A DNA stretch of 52,144 nt. Origin: Candidatus Sericytochromatia bacterium (GTDB lineage Bacteria; Cyanobacteriota; Sericytochromatia; S15B-MN24; VGJW01). The DNA is taken from contig JAYKHS010000019.1 in assembly GCA_035285865.1 (NCBI GenBank), positions 1 through 52,144 of the forward strand, written 5' to 3'. Below the pieces are notes generated by a model. It was not told where the DNA came from, ran no database searches, and saw only the letters and a list, made by a program, of their open reading frames with translations. Each line of letters begins with the position of its first letter. The stretch's first letter is position 1. A program made the translations under genes and the position numbers. Shown piece by piece: positions 1-10,597 of this stretch.

Positions 1-23
1 CATAGATACCCTGGAGGAATCCC

Positions 24-1076
<1,053 letters not shown>

Positions 1077-1095
1077 GGCGGTCTGATACACGGGA

Positions 1096-1120
1096 CGCCC
1101 CGCACATGGTGTGCGGGGCG
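1096..1120 (+). terminator. Hairpin after sigA (probable terminator)
   Basis: Perfect 11-bp stem CGCCCCGCACA-tgg-TGTGCGGGGCG; weak U-tract. Confidence 0.55.
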
Positions 1121-1183
1121 GCTGGCTTTGGGGCCATTTGCCCTTGCACGCTTGCAAGAGCGCTGCCAGACGAGGAACATACC

Positions 1184-2044
1184 ATGACGATGGAAGCGCC
1201 ACTTACCGGAAAACTCGAGGCTGCGGCCTTGCAACTCGATGCGGATCTGGTCCGTCGCATTCTTGAGGCCTTCATCAGGGAGGAGGTCCGCAAAGCCGGT
1301 TTCGACCGTGTCGTGCTGGGACTGTCCGGTGGCATCGATTCTGCCGTCGTGGCGGCGCTGGCCGTGGGTGCCCTGGGTGCGGACTGCGTTTCGGCAATCG
1401 CGATGCCGTACCGGACGTCTGCACCCGAGAGTCTCGAGGATGCCCGGATCGTGGCCGCAAGCCTCGGGATTGCCCTCCAGGTCCAGTCCATCACGCCCAT
1501 GGCCGATGCATTCCTCGCGGCGGCCGGGCTGGAACCATCACCGTTGCGACGCGGAAACCTGATGGCACGCTGTCGCATGATCGTGCTTTACGATCGCTCG
1601 GCTGCCGAACAGGCCCTCGTGCTGGGCACCAGCAACAAGACCGAGCTCTTGCTGGGGTATGGCACCTTGCACGGCGACATGGCCTCGGCGCTCAATCCAG
1701 TCGGGGATCTGTACAAGTCCCAGATTCGTCAGATGGCTTTGGCCCTGGCCCTGCCTCAGCAGGTCGTGCGCAAGCCGCCTTCGGCCGATCTCGTGCCCGG
1801 ACAGACCGATGAAGGCGATCTGGGCAACACTTATGCCGATCTGGATCTCCTGCTTCATGCGCTCATCGATGAGCGGCGAACCGTCGAGGAACTGCTGGCG
1901 CTGGGCGTGGCCCCGGACTTCCTGGATCGAGTCGGCCGCCGCGTGCGGACCATGCAGTTCAAGCGCCGTCCTCCCGTAATTGCCAAACTGGCGTCGCGAA
2001 CCGTGGACAAGGACTTTCACCATCTTCGGGACTGGGGCACCTGA
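1184..2044 (+). CDS. nadE: NH3-dependent NAD+ synthetase
   Basis: GLSGGIDS, GNLMARCRM, GTSNKTE, DLYKSQ, PSADL..GQTDE motifs; GAGGA SD before ATG 1184; no glutaminase domain. Confidence 0.93.
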   Translation: MTMEAPLTGKLEAAALQLDADLVRRILEAFIREEVRKAGFDRVVLGLSGGIDSAVVAALAVGALGADCVSAIAMPYRTSAPESLEDARIVAASLGIALQVQSITPMADAFLAAAGLEPSPLRRGNLMARCRMIVLYDRSAAEQALVLGTSNKTELLLGYGTLHGDMASALNPVGDLYKSQIRQMALALALPQQVVRKPPSADLVPGQTDEGDLGNTYADLDLLLHALIDERRTVEELLALGVAPDFLDRVGRRVRTMQFKRRPPVIAKLASRTVDKDFHHLRDWGT

Positions 2045-2089
2045 TGGTGACGGCTTCGGTATGATGGAGTTCCAAGACGAGGGGGAAGC

Positions 2090-3034
2090 ATGAGCCAGCA
2101 TCGTGAAGTCATCATCATCGGCAGCGGACCTGCCGGTTACACTGCGGGCATCTATGCTGCGCGTGCCAATCTTGCGCCTCTGCTCTTCGAAGGGGATCAG
2201 CCCGGTGGCCAACTGATGCTGACTTCCGATGTCGAGAACTTCCCAGGCTTCCGCGATCCCGTCACGGGACCGCAACTCATGGGTGAGATGCGGGCCCAGG
2301 CGGAGCGCGTCGGATGCACCATCCGCACCGAGAACGTCACCGAGGTGGACTTCTCCGCGACACCCTATAAGGTGTCCTCGGCTCAAGGGACTTGGACTGC
2401 CGATGCCGTCATCATCTCCACGGGCGCCACGGCCCGCTGGCTGGGCATCCCCAGCGAACAGACGCTCATGGGCCGAGGTGTTTCGGCCTGTGCGACTTGC
2501 GATGGCTTCTTCTTCCGCAACAAGGATGTGATCGTGGTGGGTGGTGGTGACACGGCCATGGAGGAAGCACTGTATCTGGCCAAGATGTGTGCCAGCGTGA
2601 CGGTGGTGCATCGGCGCGATTCGCTGCGGGCATCCCGAATCATGCAGGAGCGGGCGCTGCAACATCCCAAGCTGCGCTTCATATGGAATGCCGTGATCGA
2701 GGAGATTCTCGGTGAAGCCAAAGTGGAAGCGGTGCGGGTTCGTGACATCCAGACCGGCGAACTCAAGGACGTCACGACGGATGGGGTCTTCGTGGCCATC
2801 GGACATCAGCCCAATACGGCCCTCTTTGCGCCCTGGCTCGATACGGACGAGAACGGTTACCTCAAGACCCAGCCCGGCTCCACGCGGACCAACCTGCCGG
2901 GTGTTTTCGCCGCCGGTGATGTACAGGACCACGTATATCGTCAGGCTATCACGGCGGCGGGAACCGGCTGCATGGCGGCGCTCGACGCGGAGCGCTGGTT
3001 GGCTGCACGTACTGTTGCGGCGCCCGTCGCCTGA
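2090..3034 (+). CDS. trxB: Thioredoxin-disulfide reductase
   Basis: GSGPAG, CATC active site, GGGDTA, FAAGDV. Confidence 0.97.
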   Translation: MSQHREVIIIGSGPAGYTAGIYAARANLAPLLFEGDQPGGQLMLTSDVENFPGFRDPVTGPQLMGEMRAQAERVGCTIRTENVTEVDFSATPYKVSSAQGTWTADAVIISTGATARWLGIPSEQTLMGRGVSACATCDGFFFRNKDVIVVGGGDTAMEEALYLAKMCASVTVVHRRDSLRASRIMQERALQHPKLRFIWNAVIEEILGEAKVEAVRVRDIQTGELKDVTTDGVFVAIGHQPNTALFAPWLDTDENGYLKTQPGSTRTNLPGVFAAGDVQDHVYRQAITAAGTGCMAALDAERWLAARTVAAPVA

Positions 3035-3055
3035 GAAGGCAGGGCCCCGGCGGGC

Positions 3056-4384
3056 CTACTGGCGAAGGCTCTGCAGCAGGTGCGCCACATCCAGGCGACC
3101 GTGCCCGGACATGCGATCGAAGCCCGAGGCAGCGATGTCGACGCTGGTGCGTTCAATCCGGTCCTTGATGGCCGTCGCCGAAAGGTCGGGGCGCGTAGAC
3201 CACGCCAGGGCTGCCGCTGCCGAGACGTACGGCGTGGCCATGGATGTACCGTCCAGATAGTCGTAATCCGGGGAGACGGGATCGTAGACCGGATAGGTCG
3301 GCGTCGTCGACAGGATCCCCTCTCCGGGAGCGGCAACGGACATCCATCGGCCTCGGTTGGAGAACGCGGCCACTTCGTCTGTCTGCCCCGTAGCCCCCAC
3401 GGCGAGCGATTCGGGAAGGGCGGCCGGGTAATTGGGTTCGTCGCCAAGCATGGGGTCCATGCCGTCGTTCCCCATGGCGGAGACCACAAGGGCACCCTGG
3501 GCGTGCGCCATGGTGATGGCGTCGGCCAGCAAGCGGCTACCGCCTGCTCCGCCAAGGCTGAGGTTGAGGACCCTTGCCCCGTGCTGGACGGCCCAGATGA
3601 TGCCGGCGGCCACATCTGCGTCCCTGCCCGTGGTGTCACCGGCAAGAACCTTGACGGGCATGATGCGGCATCCCGGTGCGAGGCCCGAGATGCCCTGCCC
3701 GTTGTCTCCCTCGGCGGCGATGATCCCCGCCACGTGTGTCCCGTGTCCGTTGTCGTCGGCGGGGCCTACGGGGCCTTCCTGGCCTGGAGTGCGCGCATCT
3801 GGCAGGGTGTTGATGCCTGCGACCAGGCGCGTGCGGAGGTCGGGATGGCCCAGGTCCACACCGGTGTCGATCACGGCCACGACGACGGCTTCCGAACCGC
3901 GCGTGATGCTCCAGGCCTGACGGGCACCCAGTGTGGCGAGCGCCCACTGTTGGGGGGCAAGCGGATCCCCCAGCCCGGCAAGTGTTCGCGCGGGGAGTGA
4001 GACGCGCACGCGCGGGTTGGCCACGGTGGGCCGAACCAACCTTCGGCTGCGCTCCGGTTCGGCATGGGAGACCCAGGCCCGCGGCCACGAACCGGTTGCG
4101 CGACCCACGACGACCGAAGCACCAAGCTCAGGCAGGTGGCGCACCTCCTGGAGGCCTTGTTTGCCCAGCCACTGAAGGAAGGTTCCGTGGTCGATCCCGG
4201 CAGCCCGTCGCAGGATCGTCCGTCCTGTCAACTGCCGTTCCGCTTGCCGAAGCGTCGCACCCTGTCCCAGCGAGGTGCCGGGACTTGACTGCCCGCATCC
4301 TCCCAGCAAGGTCAGGCCAAGGAGCAAGGACAGGGCCCGCCCGGCGATAAAGCCAGCGGCCCTGGGCCTCACGTTCAAGGTCAC
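3056..4384 (-). CDS. S8 (subtilisin/thermitase-like) serine protease lipoprotein
   Basis: Catalytic triad VIDTG / HGTHVAG / GTSMATP; lipobox LLGGC. Confidence 0.93.
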   Translation of the reverse strand: MTLNVRPRAAGFIAGRALSLLLGLTLLGGCGQSSPGTSLGQGATLRQAERQLTGRTILRRAAGIDHGTFLQWLGKQGLQEVRHLPELGASVVVGRATGSWPRAWVSHAEPERSRRLVRPTVANPRVRVSLPARTLAGLGDPLAPQQWALATLGARQAWSITRGSEAVVVAVIDTGVDLGHPDLRTRLVAGINTLPDARTPGQEGPVGPADDNGHGTHVAGIIAAEGDNGQGISGLAPGCRIMPVKVLAGDTTGRDADVAAGIIWAVQHGARVLNLSLGGAGGSRLLADAITMAHAQGALVVSAMGNDGMDPMLGDEPNYPAALPESLAVGATGQTDEVAAFSNRGRWMSVAAPGEGILSTTPTYPVYDPVSPDYDYLDGTSMATPYVSAAAALAWSTRPDLSATAIKDRIERTSVDIAASGFDRMSGHGRLDVAHLLQSLRQ

Positions 4385-4438
4385 GCCATGATTATAGGAA
4401 GAACAGGTGAAGGCCTTGCCCGCCTGTTCTCCCGGACG

Positions 4439-5926
4439 TCAGGCGTGCGCCCGCACCAGCTCCACCAGGAGACGGACGCCGATGCCGGTAGCGCCCTTCG
4501 GGGTGTACGGCCGGCCCTTGTCCTCCCACGCCGTGCCCGCGATGTCCAGATGAGCCCACTTGTAGTCCTCAGCGAACTTGGCAAGCATGGCCGCCGCAGT
4601 GATGGTCCCGGCAGGGCGCCCACCGCTGTTCTTCATGTCGGCGATGTCCGACTTGATCTGGTCGTTGTATTCCTTCCAGAGCGGCAACTGCCAAGCCCGT
4701 TCGGAAGCCCGATCGCCGGCTGCCCGGACGGTATCGATCCATTCCTGGTCATTGCCGAGGAGGCCGATGGCCTGCTGGCCCAGAGCGATGACGCACGCAC
4801 CCGTGAGCGTGGCCAGGTCGACGACGCCGCGGGGCTTGTAACGACTGGCATAGGCAAGCGCGTCCGCCAGGATCAGCCGACCCTCGGCGTCGGTGTTCAC
4901 GATTTCGATGGTCTTGCCGTTCATTGCCGTCAGGACGTCGCCCGGATGCGTCGCGGATCCGCTGGGCATGTTCTCGGTTGCCGGCACCAAGCCGATGACG
5001 GGCACGGGAAGGCCGAGGGCGGCGATGGCCTGCATCGCTCCGATGACGGCTGCGCCACCCGCCATATCGTATTTCATCTTCTCCATGCCTTCCGCCGGCT
5101 TGATGGAGATGCCGCCGGAATCGAAGGTGATGCCCTTGCCCACCAGCACGAGGGGATCCCCCGAGACGCCCTCTGGACGGTGCTCGAGGATGATGAAGCG
5201 CGGCGGTTGTGCACCCCGCGAACCGGCGGCCACACCAAGGAATGCGCCCATCTTCAGTTCGGCGATCTGTTTCTCGTCGAGCACGGTGCAGGACAGCCCG
5301 ACCCGCTTCGCCATCTCCGCAGCCCGGTCAGCCAGTACGGTCGGCGTGACCTCGTTGGGGGGGGCCTGGACCAGATTGCGGCTGAAGCGCACGGCATCCG
5401 CTATCAGGAGACCTTCCCGAACCCCTGCGTCGAAGGCCTCGGCAGGCAACTCCGTGACCACGTCAAGGCGAACCACCTCGACCGGAGGCTCCTCCTGCTC
5501 GGTGCGGTAGGTCGAGAAGTGCCACGTGGAGAGCGAGGCGCCTTCGGCGACGGCCTGGCCGGCGTCCTTGCCGGCGATGTCGCAGGCGGGCAGGATCAGG
5601 GTGAACTCCGTCACCTTGTGCGATGCGGCAGCCTTTGCGGCCCGGCCTGCCAACTGGCGAAGGCTGTCGGCGGTCGCAGACTCGACCTTGCCCAGACCAA
5701 TCACGATGATCCTGCGTGCTCCGAGGCGGCCAAGTGTGAGAAGGTCCACGGATTGGCCCTTCTTGGCCTTGAACTCGCCACGCGCCGCAAGGTCGGCAAG
5801 GGCACCGCCCAGCTTGACATCGACCTCGCCGAGGCGCCCGTCGAGGACCCTGTCCTCCCACGCGCCCAACACGAGCAGCGAAGCAGGGGTGTCGAGGGAG
5901 AATGTGGCGCTGCGCGAGAGATGCAT
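4439..5926 (-). CDS. pepA: Leucyl aminopeptidase (M17)
   Basis: GKGITFDSGG, MKYDMAG, NTDAEGRL, WAHLDIAG. Confidence 0.96.
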   Translation of the reverse strand: MHLSRSATFSLDTPASLLVLGAWEDRVLDGRLGEVDVKLGGALADLAARGEFKAKKGQSVDLLTLGRLGARRIIVIGLGKVESATADSLRQLAGRAAKAAASHKVTEFTLILPACDIAGKDAGQAVAEGASLSTWHFSTYRTEQEEPPVEVVRLDVVTELPAEAFDAGVREGLLIADAVRFSRNLVQAPPNEVTPTVLADRAAEMAKRVGLSCTVLDEKQIAELKMGAFLGVAAGSRGAQPPRFIILEHRPEGVSGDPLVLVGKGITFDSGGISIKPAEGMEKMKYDMAGGAAVIGAMQAIAALGLPVPVIGLVPATENMPSGSATHPGDVLTAMNGKTIEIVNTDAEGRLILADALAYASRYKPRGVVDLATLTGACVIALGQQAIGLLGNDQEWIDTVRAAGDRASERAWQLPLWKEYNDQIKSDIADMKNSGGRPAGTITAAAMLAKFAEDYKWAHLDIAGTAWEDKGRPYTPKGATGIGVRLLVELVRAHA

Positions 5927-6004
5927 GAATCAATCCAAAGGTTAAGGGCTGAACGTCTCATGCTACCACGTGCAAATGTGCGCGTACCCTTGCCTTCGGC
6001 GGGT

Positions 6005-7273
6005 ATGGACATGCATATGGCTCTGACGATCCGAACTCCTCTGGAACAGGCGCGACCGGGTTCCGTCCTTGCCGAACCGGCGTTCCATCCCCTGACCATG
6101 CAGTTGTTGTTGCCGGCAGGCTCCCCGCTGACCCCACAGGCCATCTCCATGCTGGTGCGCTCGGGCTTGCGCCAGGTGGCGCTCATGGATCTCGAGGGGG
6201 CGCAGGCTGCCCCGAGCGTGACGAACCCCTTCGCGACCCGGATCAGCGATATGCCTCCGGCCGCCCCGGCTCTGAGGGCCACGCCCGAGATCAGGGATGC
6301 AGCACCCCCTTCGGTCGACCCGCAGCCTGTCGCCGCGCGCCCCCCTTCCTCCGCGCCTGCCTTTCCTGAAGAGCGGCTCGAAGTGGTTGCGCGCGAGGTC
6401 GTCACACGAAACTTTGCGGCGATCCGCGAGATCGAACGGCAATTTCATCAGTCTTCTAGCGTGGATTTCCAGAAAGTGGACGGTTGCGTCCAGACCACCC
6501 TGCGTGAAATCGTCCTGAATCGGGAAATCCTGGAGTCGCTCGTGGACCTGCGCGTCTATGACGAATATACGTACGCACATTCGGCGAACGTGATGAGTCT
6601 TGCCCTTTTGATGGGTGTGACTTTGGGGTTCAACTACGAGAAACTGCGTACGCTTGGTGTCGGAGCGATGCTTCACGACATCGGCAAGACGATGATTCCG
6701 GACTTCATCCTGAACAAGCCGGGGCGTTTGACGCCTGCCGAGTTCGATGTCATCAAAACCCATCCCGAGCGAGGCCTCAAGATGATCGCCCATCACCGAT
6801 GGGCCACGGCGGAAATCCAGGCCGTCATCCTGCATCATCACGAACGTTGGGACGGGCGCGGCTACCCACACGGCCTGAAGGGCAAGGACATCCCGGAGAT
6901 GGCGCGCATCGTCAGCGTCGTGGATGTCTACGACGCCCTCGTTTCCCGGCGTGTCTACAAGGAACCCATGCCCCCGGATCAGGCCTACCAGCTGATCCTG
7001 TCGGGCATGAACACCCAGTTCGAGGCGCGCATGGTCTGGGCCTTCCAGAACCTTATCGTGCCGTACCCCTGCAACGCCGTGGTCGTGCTGTCCAATGGCG
7101 ACGTGGCCAAGGTCCGCCGTGTCAACAAGAACGACCCGTTGCGACCTGTCGTCGAGATGCAGGACGGAACACAGGTGGATCTGGCGAGTCAGCAGGGCCT
7201 CGTCGTCAAGGACCTCCATCGCCCGCCGCTGGGCGCTCCGGCTTCCGGCGATGCCGGCATCGTCGCCAGCTGA
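6005..7273 (+). CDS. HD-GYP domain cyclic dinucleotide phosphodiesterase
   Basis: YTYAHS, LHDIGK, HHHERWDGRGYP; real start at ATG 6005-6017 (upstream part of ORF 4388 is antisense to pepA). Confidence 0.9.
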   Translation: MDMHMALTIRTPLEQARPGSVLAEPAFHPLTMQLLLPAGSPLTPQAISMLVRSGLRQVALMDLEGAQAAPSVTNPFATRISDMPPAAPALRATPEIRDAAPPSVDPQPVAARPPSSAPAFPEERLEVVAREVVTRNFAAIREIERQFHQSSSVDFQKVDGCVQTTLREIVLNREILESLVDLRVYDEYTYAHSANVMSLALLMGVTLGFNYEKLRTLGVGAMLHDIGKTMIPDFILNKPGRLTPAEFDVIKTHPERGLKMIAHHRWATAEIQAVILHHHERWDGRGYPHGLKGKDIPEMARIVSVVDVYDALVSRRVYKEPMPPDQAYQLILSGMNTQFEARMVWAFQNLIVPYPCNAVVVLSNGDVAKVRRVNKNDPLRPVVEMQDGTQVDLASQQGLVVKDLHRPPLGAPASGDAGIVAS

Positions 7274-7304
7274 GCCGCAGGCCGGACGGAGCCGGGGGAC
7301 GTTG

Positions 7305-8759
7305 TCAGCCTTGCGTTCTGGCCGGGACCATCACGGCGTCGACCATGCCGTGGAGCGCCAACTTGTCTGCTGGGCAGACCGTCACGAGGATTCCCCCGAG
7401 ACTGACCGAGTCACCGGCCACGAAGTAGAACGGACAGATCCGAGCCCGGCCACTCATCGTCCTGATCGCGTCGCCAGCCATGTCGTAGTACCGGACCTCG
7501 ACCTTCCCGGGCTTGTGGAACTCCTGGAGCAGGTAGGGCGTGCCCTCGTGCCAACTGCCAAGTGCTCTGTCGAGCGTGGCCTCCCACTCCGCTTGCGGCT
7601 GGTCGTGGCCGAACGCGAGGCCCCGGCTGCCCCACGCCAAGGGCGAGAATCCTGAAGGTTTGACCACGAAGGTCCGTTCCCGCTTGGTCGCCCTGCTCAG
7701 GTCCCGGAAGTGACCCACCGGCCGCCCCCCGACGGCCAGGTCCGGAATTACGGCTTGCGGAGGCATCGGCGCAGGATCGAGCAGCCAGGTTCGCGGCAGC
7801 AGGTGGCGCAGGCGATCCAGCGCCACCTGGCCCAGCTCCCGAGCCCACCAGGTCTGCAGCTGGGGGTGGTGGAGCAGCGCGAACAGGCCCTTCTCTTCGA
7901 GTTGAGGCTTGAATGGGGGGGTGATGACCACCTTCTGTTTTTTGACCAGATACTGGATGATTTCGGCCTTGGGAATGTTCGCGAGGTCGAACAGCTCGAA
8001 GAACCGGTACACGACATCGATGCGTCGTCCGTCCAGATGGAGGCCATCCTCCGTGAAGCCCAGGGCTTCCGGTCTCACAACGGCGCAGTCCAGCCCAATC
8101 GCCATCAGTTGCTCGGCAAGGCTGGTCATTTCCTGCCAGTAGTCGGAGGCCTCCTGCGAGATGACAATCGCAACGAAGGGATCCCGGACCGCCGTTTGTG
8201 CCCGGAGCATGCGTGCAAACCCTGCCGCCATCCCGTCTGGTCCTCCGACGAGGTCGAACCCCAGGGGGCCATAGATTCGGGACATCGAATCCACGAAACC
8301 GATGCCTCCCGGCACCGAATCCAGTTCGCAGCAAACCAGACGGCCCTCATCCGTGACGACCAGGTCGGGCCGGATCACGGCAGGTACGTCGTGCTTGAAT
8401 CGGTTCATCCGGCTGTAGTTCACCAGGTGGCGGGGTTTGCCCAGATCGAGCCACTCGGCAATCCAGGCCGGGGCTCTGCCGTGCACGCTTTCGCCATAGA
8501 GCCTGTTGGCCCCCCGCATGAAGGCCAGCAGCACAGGCCCCAGGCTTTCCAGAGTCCTGACGAATTCCGGGGCGAGGCAGAAGGGCTCGGGCGAGATCCG
8601 CCAGGCCGTGTTCTGCCCTTCCGGCAGATCCCGGCGATTCTGCCTGAAGACCGGTTGGCGCCCGGCTGCCTCGTTGATCGCGAGCGCAATCCTGCGGGCT
8701 TCCTCGGCATCCGGTGCCGGACAATCGCCCTGGACGCCCGCTGTTGCTGGGGTGTTCAA
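7305..8759 (-). CDS. Uncharacterised ATP-grasp-like (glutathionylspermidine-synthase-like) ligase
   Basis: VIRPDL, CELDSVPGG, VVYRFFE, VKPSG...WGSRG, LLQEF motifs typical of GSP-synthase/circularly permuted ATP-grasp enzymes. Confidence 0.65.
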   Translation of the reverse strand: MNTPATAGVQGDCPAPDAEEARRIALAINEAAGRQPVFRQNRRDLPEGQNTAWRISPEPFCLAPEFVRTLESLGPVLLAFMRGANRLYGESVHGRAPAWIAEWLDLGKPRHLVNYSRMNRFKHDVPAVIRPDLVVTDEGRLVCCELDSVPGGIGFVDSMSRIYGPLGFDLVGGPDGMAAGFARMLRAQTAVRDPFVAIVISQEASDYWQEMTSLAEQLMAIGLDCAVVRPEALGFTEDGLHLDGRRIDVVYRFFELFDLANIPKAEIIQYLVKKQKVVITPPFKPQLEEKGLFALLHHPQLQTWWARELGQVALDRLRHLLPRTWLLDPAPMPPQAVIPDLAVGGRPVGHFRDLSRATKRERTFVVKPSGFSPLAWGSRGLAFGHDQPQAEWEATLDRALGSWHEGTPYLLQEFHKPGKVEVRYYDMAGDAIRTMSGRARICPFYFVAGDSVSLGGILVTVCPADKLALHGMVDAVMVPARTQG

Positions 8760-9073
8760 CCGTTCCCGCCTGCCATCTTCACGGCAAACGCCACAAAGGC
8801 GATGACGAGCAGCATCACGAGGAACAAACCGAAGGAGTTGCCCTGCCCTTCTGCGGCACCGGGTTCAGCCGGCAAGTCCTGACCCGGCAGCGGCGAGCCG
8901 TCGTCCACCATCTGCTCGGCCTTGAAGCCCTCTTCCGCGCTCGGGGGGGGCAGGGTAATGCCGGCGTGTCGGGGAGCCTGTCGGTGGCTGGCGATCTCCT
9001 CGGCAACGAGCGGTGCCCCGCAGTGCTTGCAGAAGCGACCTTCATCCTTGAATCCGCAGGAAGGACAGATCAT
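8756..9073 (-). CDS. Zinc-ribbon protein with C-terminal transmembrane helix
   Basis: MICPSCG...FCKHCG, hydrophobic C-terminus; ATGA overlap with lgt stop; GGAG SD. Confidence 0.75.
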   Translation of the reverse strand: MICPSCGFKDEGRFCKHCGAPLVAEEIASHRQAPRHAGITLPPPSAEEGFKAEQMVDDGSPLPGQDLPAEPGAAEGQGNSFGLFLVMLLVIAFVAFAVKMAGGNG

Positions 9074-9936
9074 GCAGGGATCTCCTCGAGAGGTGGGGCC
9101 GAGACGTTTCCTCGCCCGCGAAGCACCAGCCAGATACCGAGCGCCAGGACCACAAGGCTGGCAACCTGAGCGACCTTGAGCGTTGCCCACGGGAGGGGCA
9201 GGAGCAGGGCATCCGTGCGCAACGCCTCGATCCAGAGGCGTCCCGTCCCCCAGACAATCAAGTAGAGACCGGCCACCGTGCCGTTCTGCGTCTTGTGCCG
9301 AAAGGCCACGTGCATCAGGCCGAGCAGACCGAACAGGTTCCAGAACGACTCGTACAGGAACGTGGGGTGAAATCGCGTCGTGGCGGGCCAGACCAACATG
9401 TCGTCGAACGGTGGGACCCTGCGCCCAGCGTCGATGACGATGCCCCAGGGCAGGTAGCCCGTGCCGTCACGCAGCCACGCCGGCCAGTGACCGGGAGCCA
9501 AGGCAGGCAATCCGTAGGCTTCCTGGTTGAGGTAGTTGCCCCAGCGGCCGATGACCTGGCCGAGCAAGAGCCCCGGTGCGACGAGGTCCAGCAGGCGCAG
9601 GGTCCCGAGGCCATGGTGCCGGGCGATGAAGATGCAGGCGAGGACGCCGCCCACCACGCCACCGTGAATCGCGAGGCCCCCTCGCCACGGCATCAGGGCT
9701 TCTACGGGCGCCAGTCGGTACACGTCATGCCAGCGGAAGGCGACGTACCAGAGGCGGGCTCCGACGAGCGCCGCGGCACTGCCCCAGACGGCCACGTCGA
9801 CGAGGACGTCGGCGGTGATGCCGCGGTGCCACGCGAGCGTACGCGACAGCTGGAGTCCCGCCAGAGCGCCGACAAGCAGCAGGAGGCTGTACCCGTGCAG
9901 GGACAGCGGTCCGAATTCCACGGCTACAGGGTGCAC
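9070..9936 (-). CDS. lgt: Prolipoprotein diacylglyceryl transferase
   Basis: GARLWYV, GGLAIHGG, GRWGNYLNQEAYG, HPTFLYES. Confidence 0.96.
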   Translation of the reverse strand: MHPVAVEFGPLSLHGYSLLLLVGALAGLQLSRTLAWHRGITADVLVDVAVWGSAAALVGARLWYVAFRWHDVYRLAPVEALMPWRGGLAIHGGVVGGVLACIFIARHHGLGTLRLLDLVAPGLLLGQVIGRWGNYLNQEAYGLPALAPGHWPAWLRDGTGYLPWGIVIDAGRRVPPFDDMLVWPATTRFHPTFLYESFWNLFGLLGLMHVAFRHKTQNGTVAGLYLIVWGTGRLWIEALRTDALLLPLPWATLKVAQVASLVVLALGIWLVLRGRGNVSAPPLEEIPA

Positions 9937-9964
9937 AGCCTGTCAGTCTAGCACGCGCGCAGGG

Positions 9965-10597
9965 TCAGGGCAGGGGTTCGGAGCGCGATGCCTGAAGCAC
10001 GATATGGACCCGCGCCGGGGGGATGAAGCCTGTCAGGTTGCCGCCGGCCTCAAAGACGTAGTCTACCTCCTCGGATGGTTGTCGCCCGTCCGGTGTCCGG
10101 GCATCGACGAGGCTGCCGAAGGACCAGCGCAGGTTGGCGGTCTGCCCGGGTTCCAGCGAAGGCAGGACGACGGAACCGGTCGCGGGCAGTTCCGGACACG
10201 GACGCAACGCCGTGTAGTCCAGACGCAAGGCGTGTACGGGCTCAGCCGTCTGGTTCCTTGCACGGAGTCGGAAGGAACCGCTGCCCGGAATCGTGAGGAT
10301 GCCGGGCCCCAGGTCCGATTCAAAGGAAATCTCGTAGTCGAGTGCCGGTTCGGGCCATCCGGGTTCGGCAGGATTCGGCGGACCCGGTTCCGAATCTGGA
10401 GGTCTGCTGCGGTTCGGCTCCGCGGGAGCATCACCGGAAGACAGCGGTGGCGTGGGCGCCGAAATCGCAGGCGGCTCGGTCGCGGTCGTCTCGGGCATCG
10501 AGGTTCCGCTTGTTTCCGGCAGGTCAGGCCATGCCATCCGAGTTGTCACGGGACCGCCCAGGGCTGCCATCAGGGCGAGCAGACCGGGAAGGCGCAT
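9965..10597 (-). CDS. Hypothetical secreted protein with Pro-rich linker and beta-rich C-terminal domain
   Basis: Signal-peptide-like N-terminus; TGATG coupling to patatin stop. Confidence 0.6.
   Translation of the reverse strand: MRLPGLLALMAALGGPVTTRMAWPDLPETSGTSMPETTATEPPAISAPTPPLSSGDAPAEPNRSRPPDSEPGPPNPAEPGWPEPALDYEISFESDLGPGILTIPGSGSFRLRARNQTAEPVHALRLDYTALRPCPELPATGSVVLPSLEPGQTANLRWSFGSLVDARTPDGRQPSEEVDYVFEAGGNLTGFIPPARVHIVLQASRSEPLP

Noticed and set aside
4388..6004. 961-aa ORF suggesting a large N-terminal fusion on the HD-GYP protein
   Set aside because: The first ~540 codons are the antisense shadow of pepA, a common high-GC artefact; real start is near 6005-6017.
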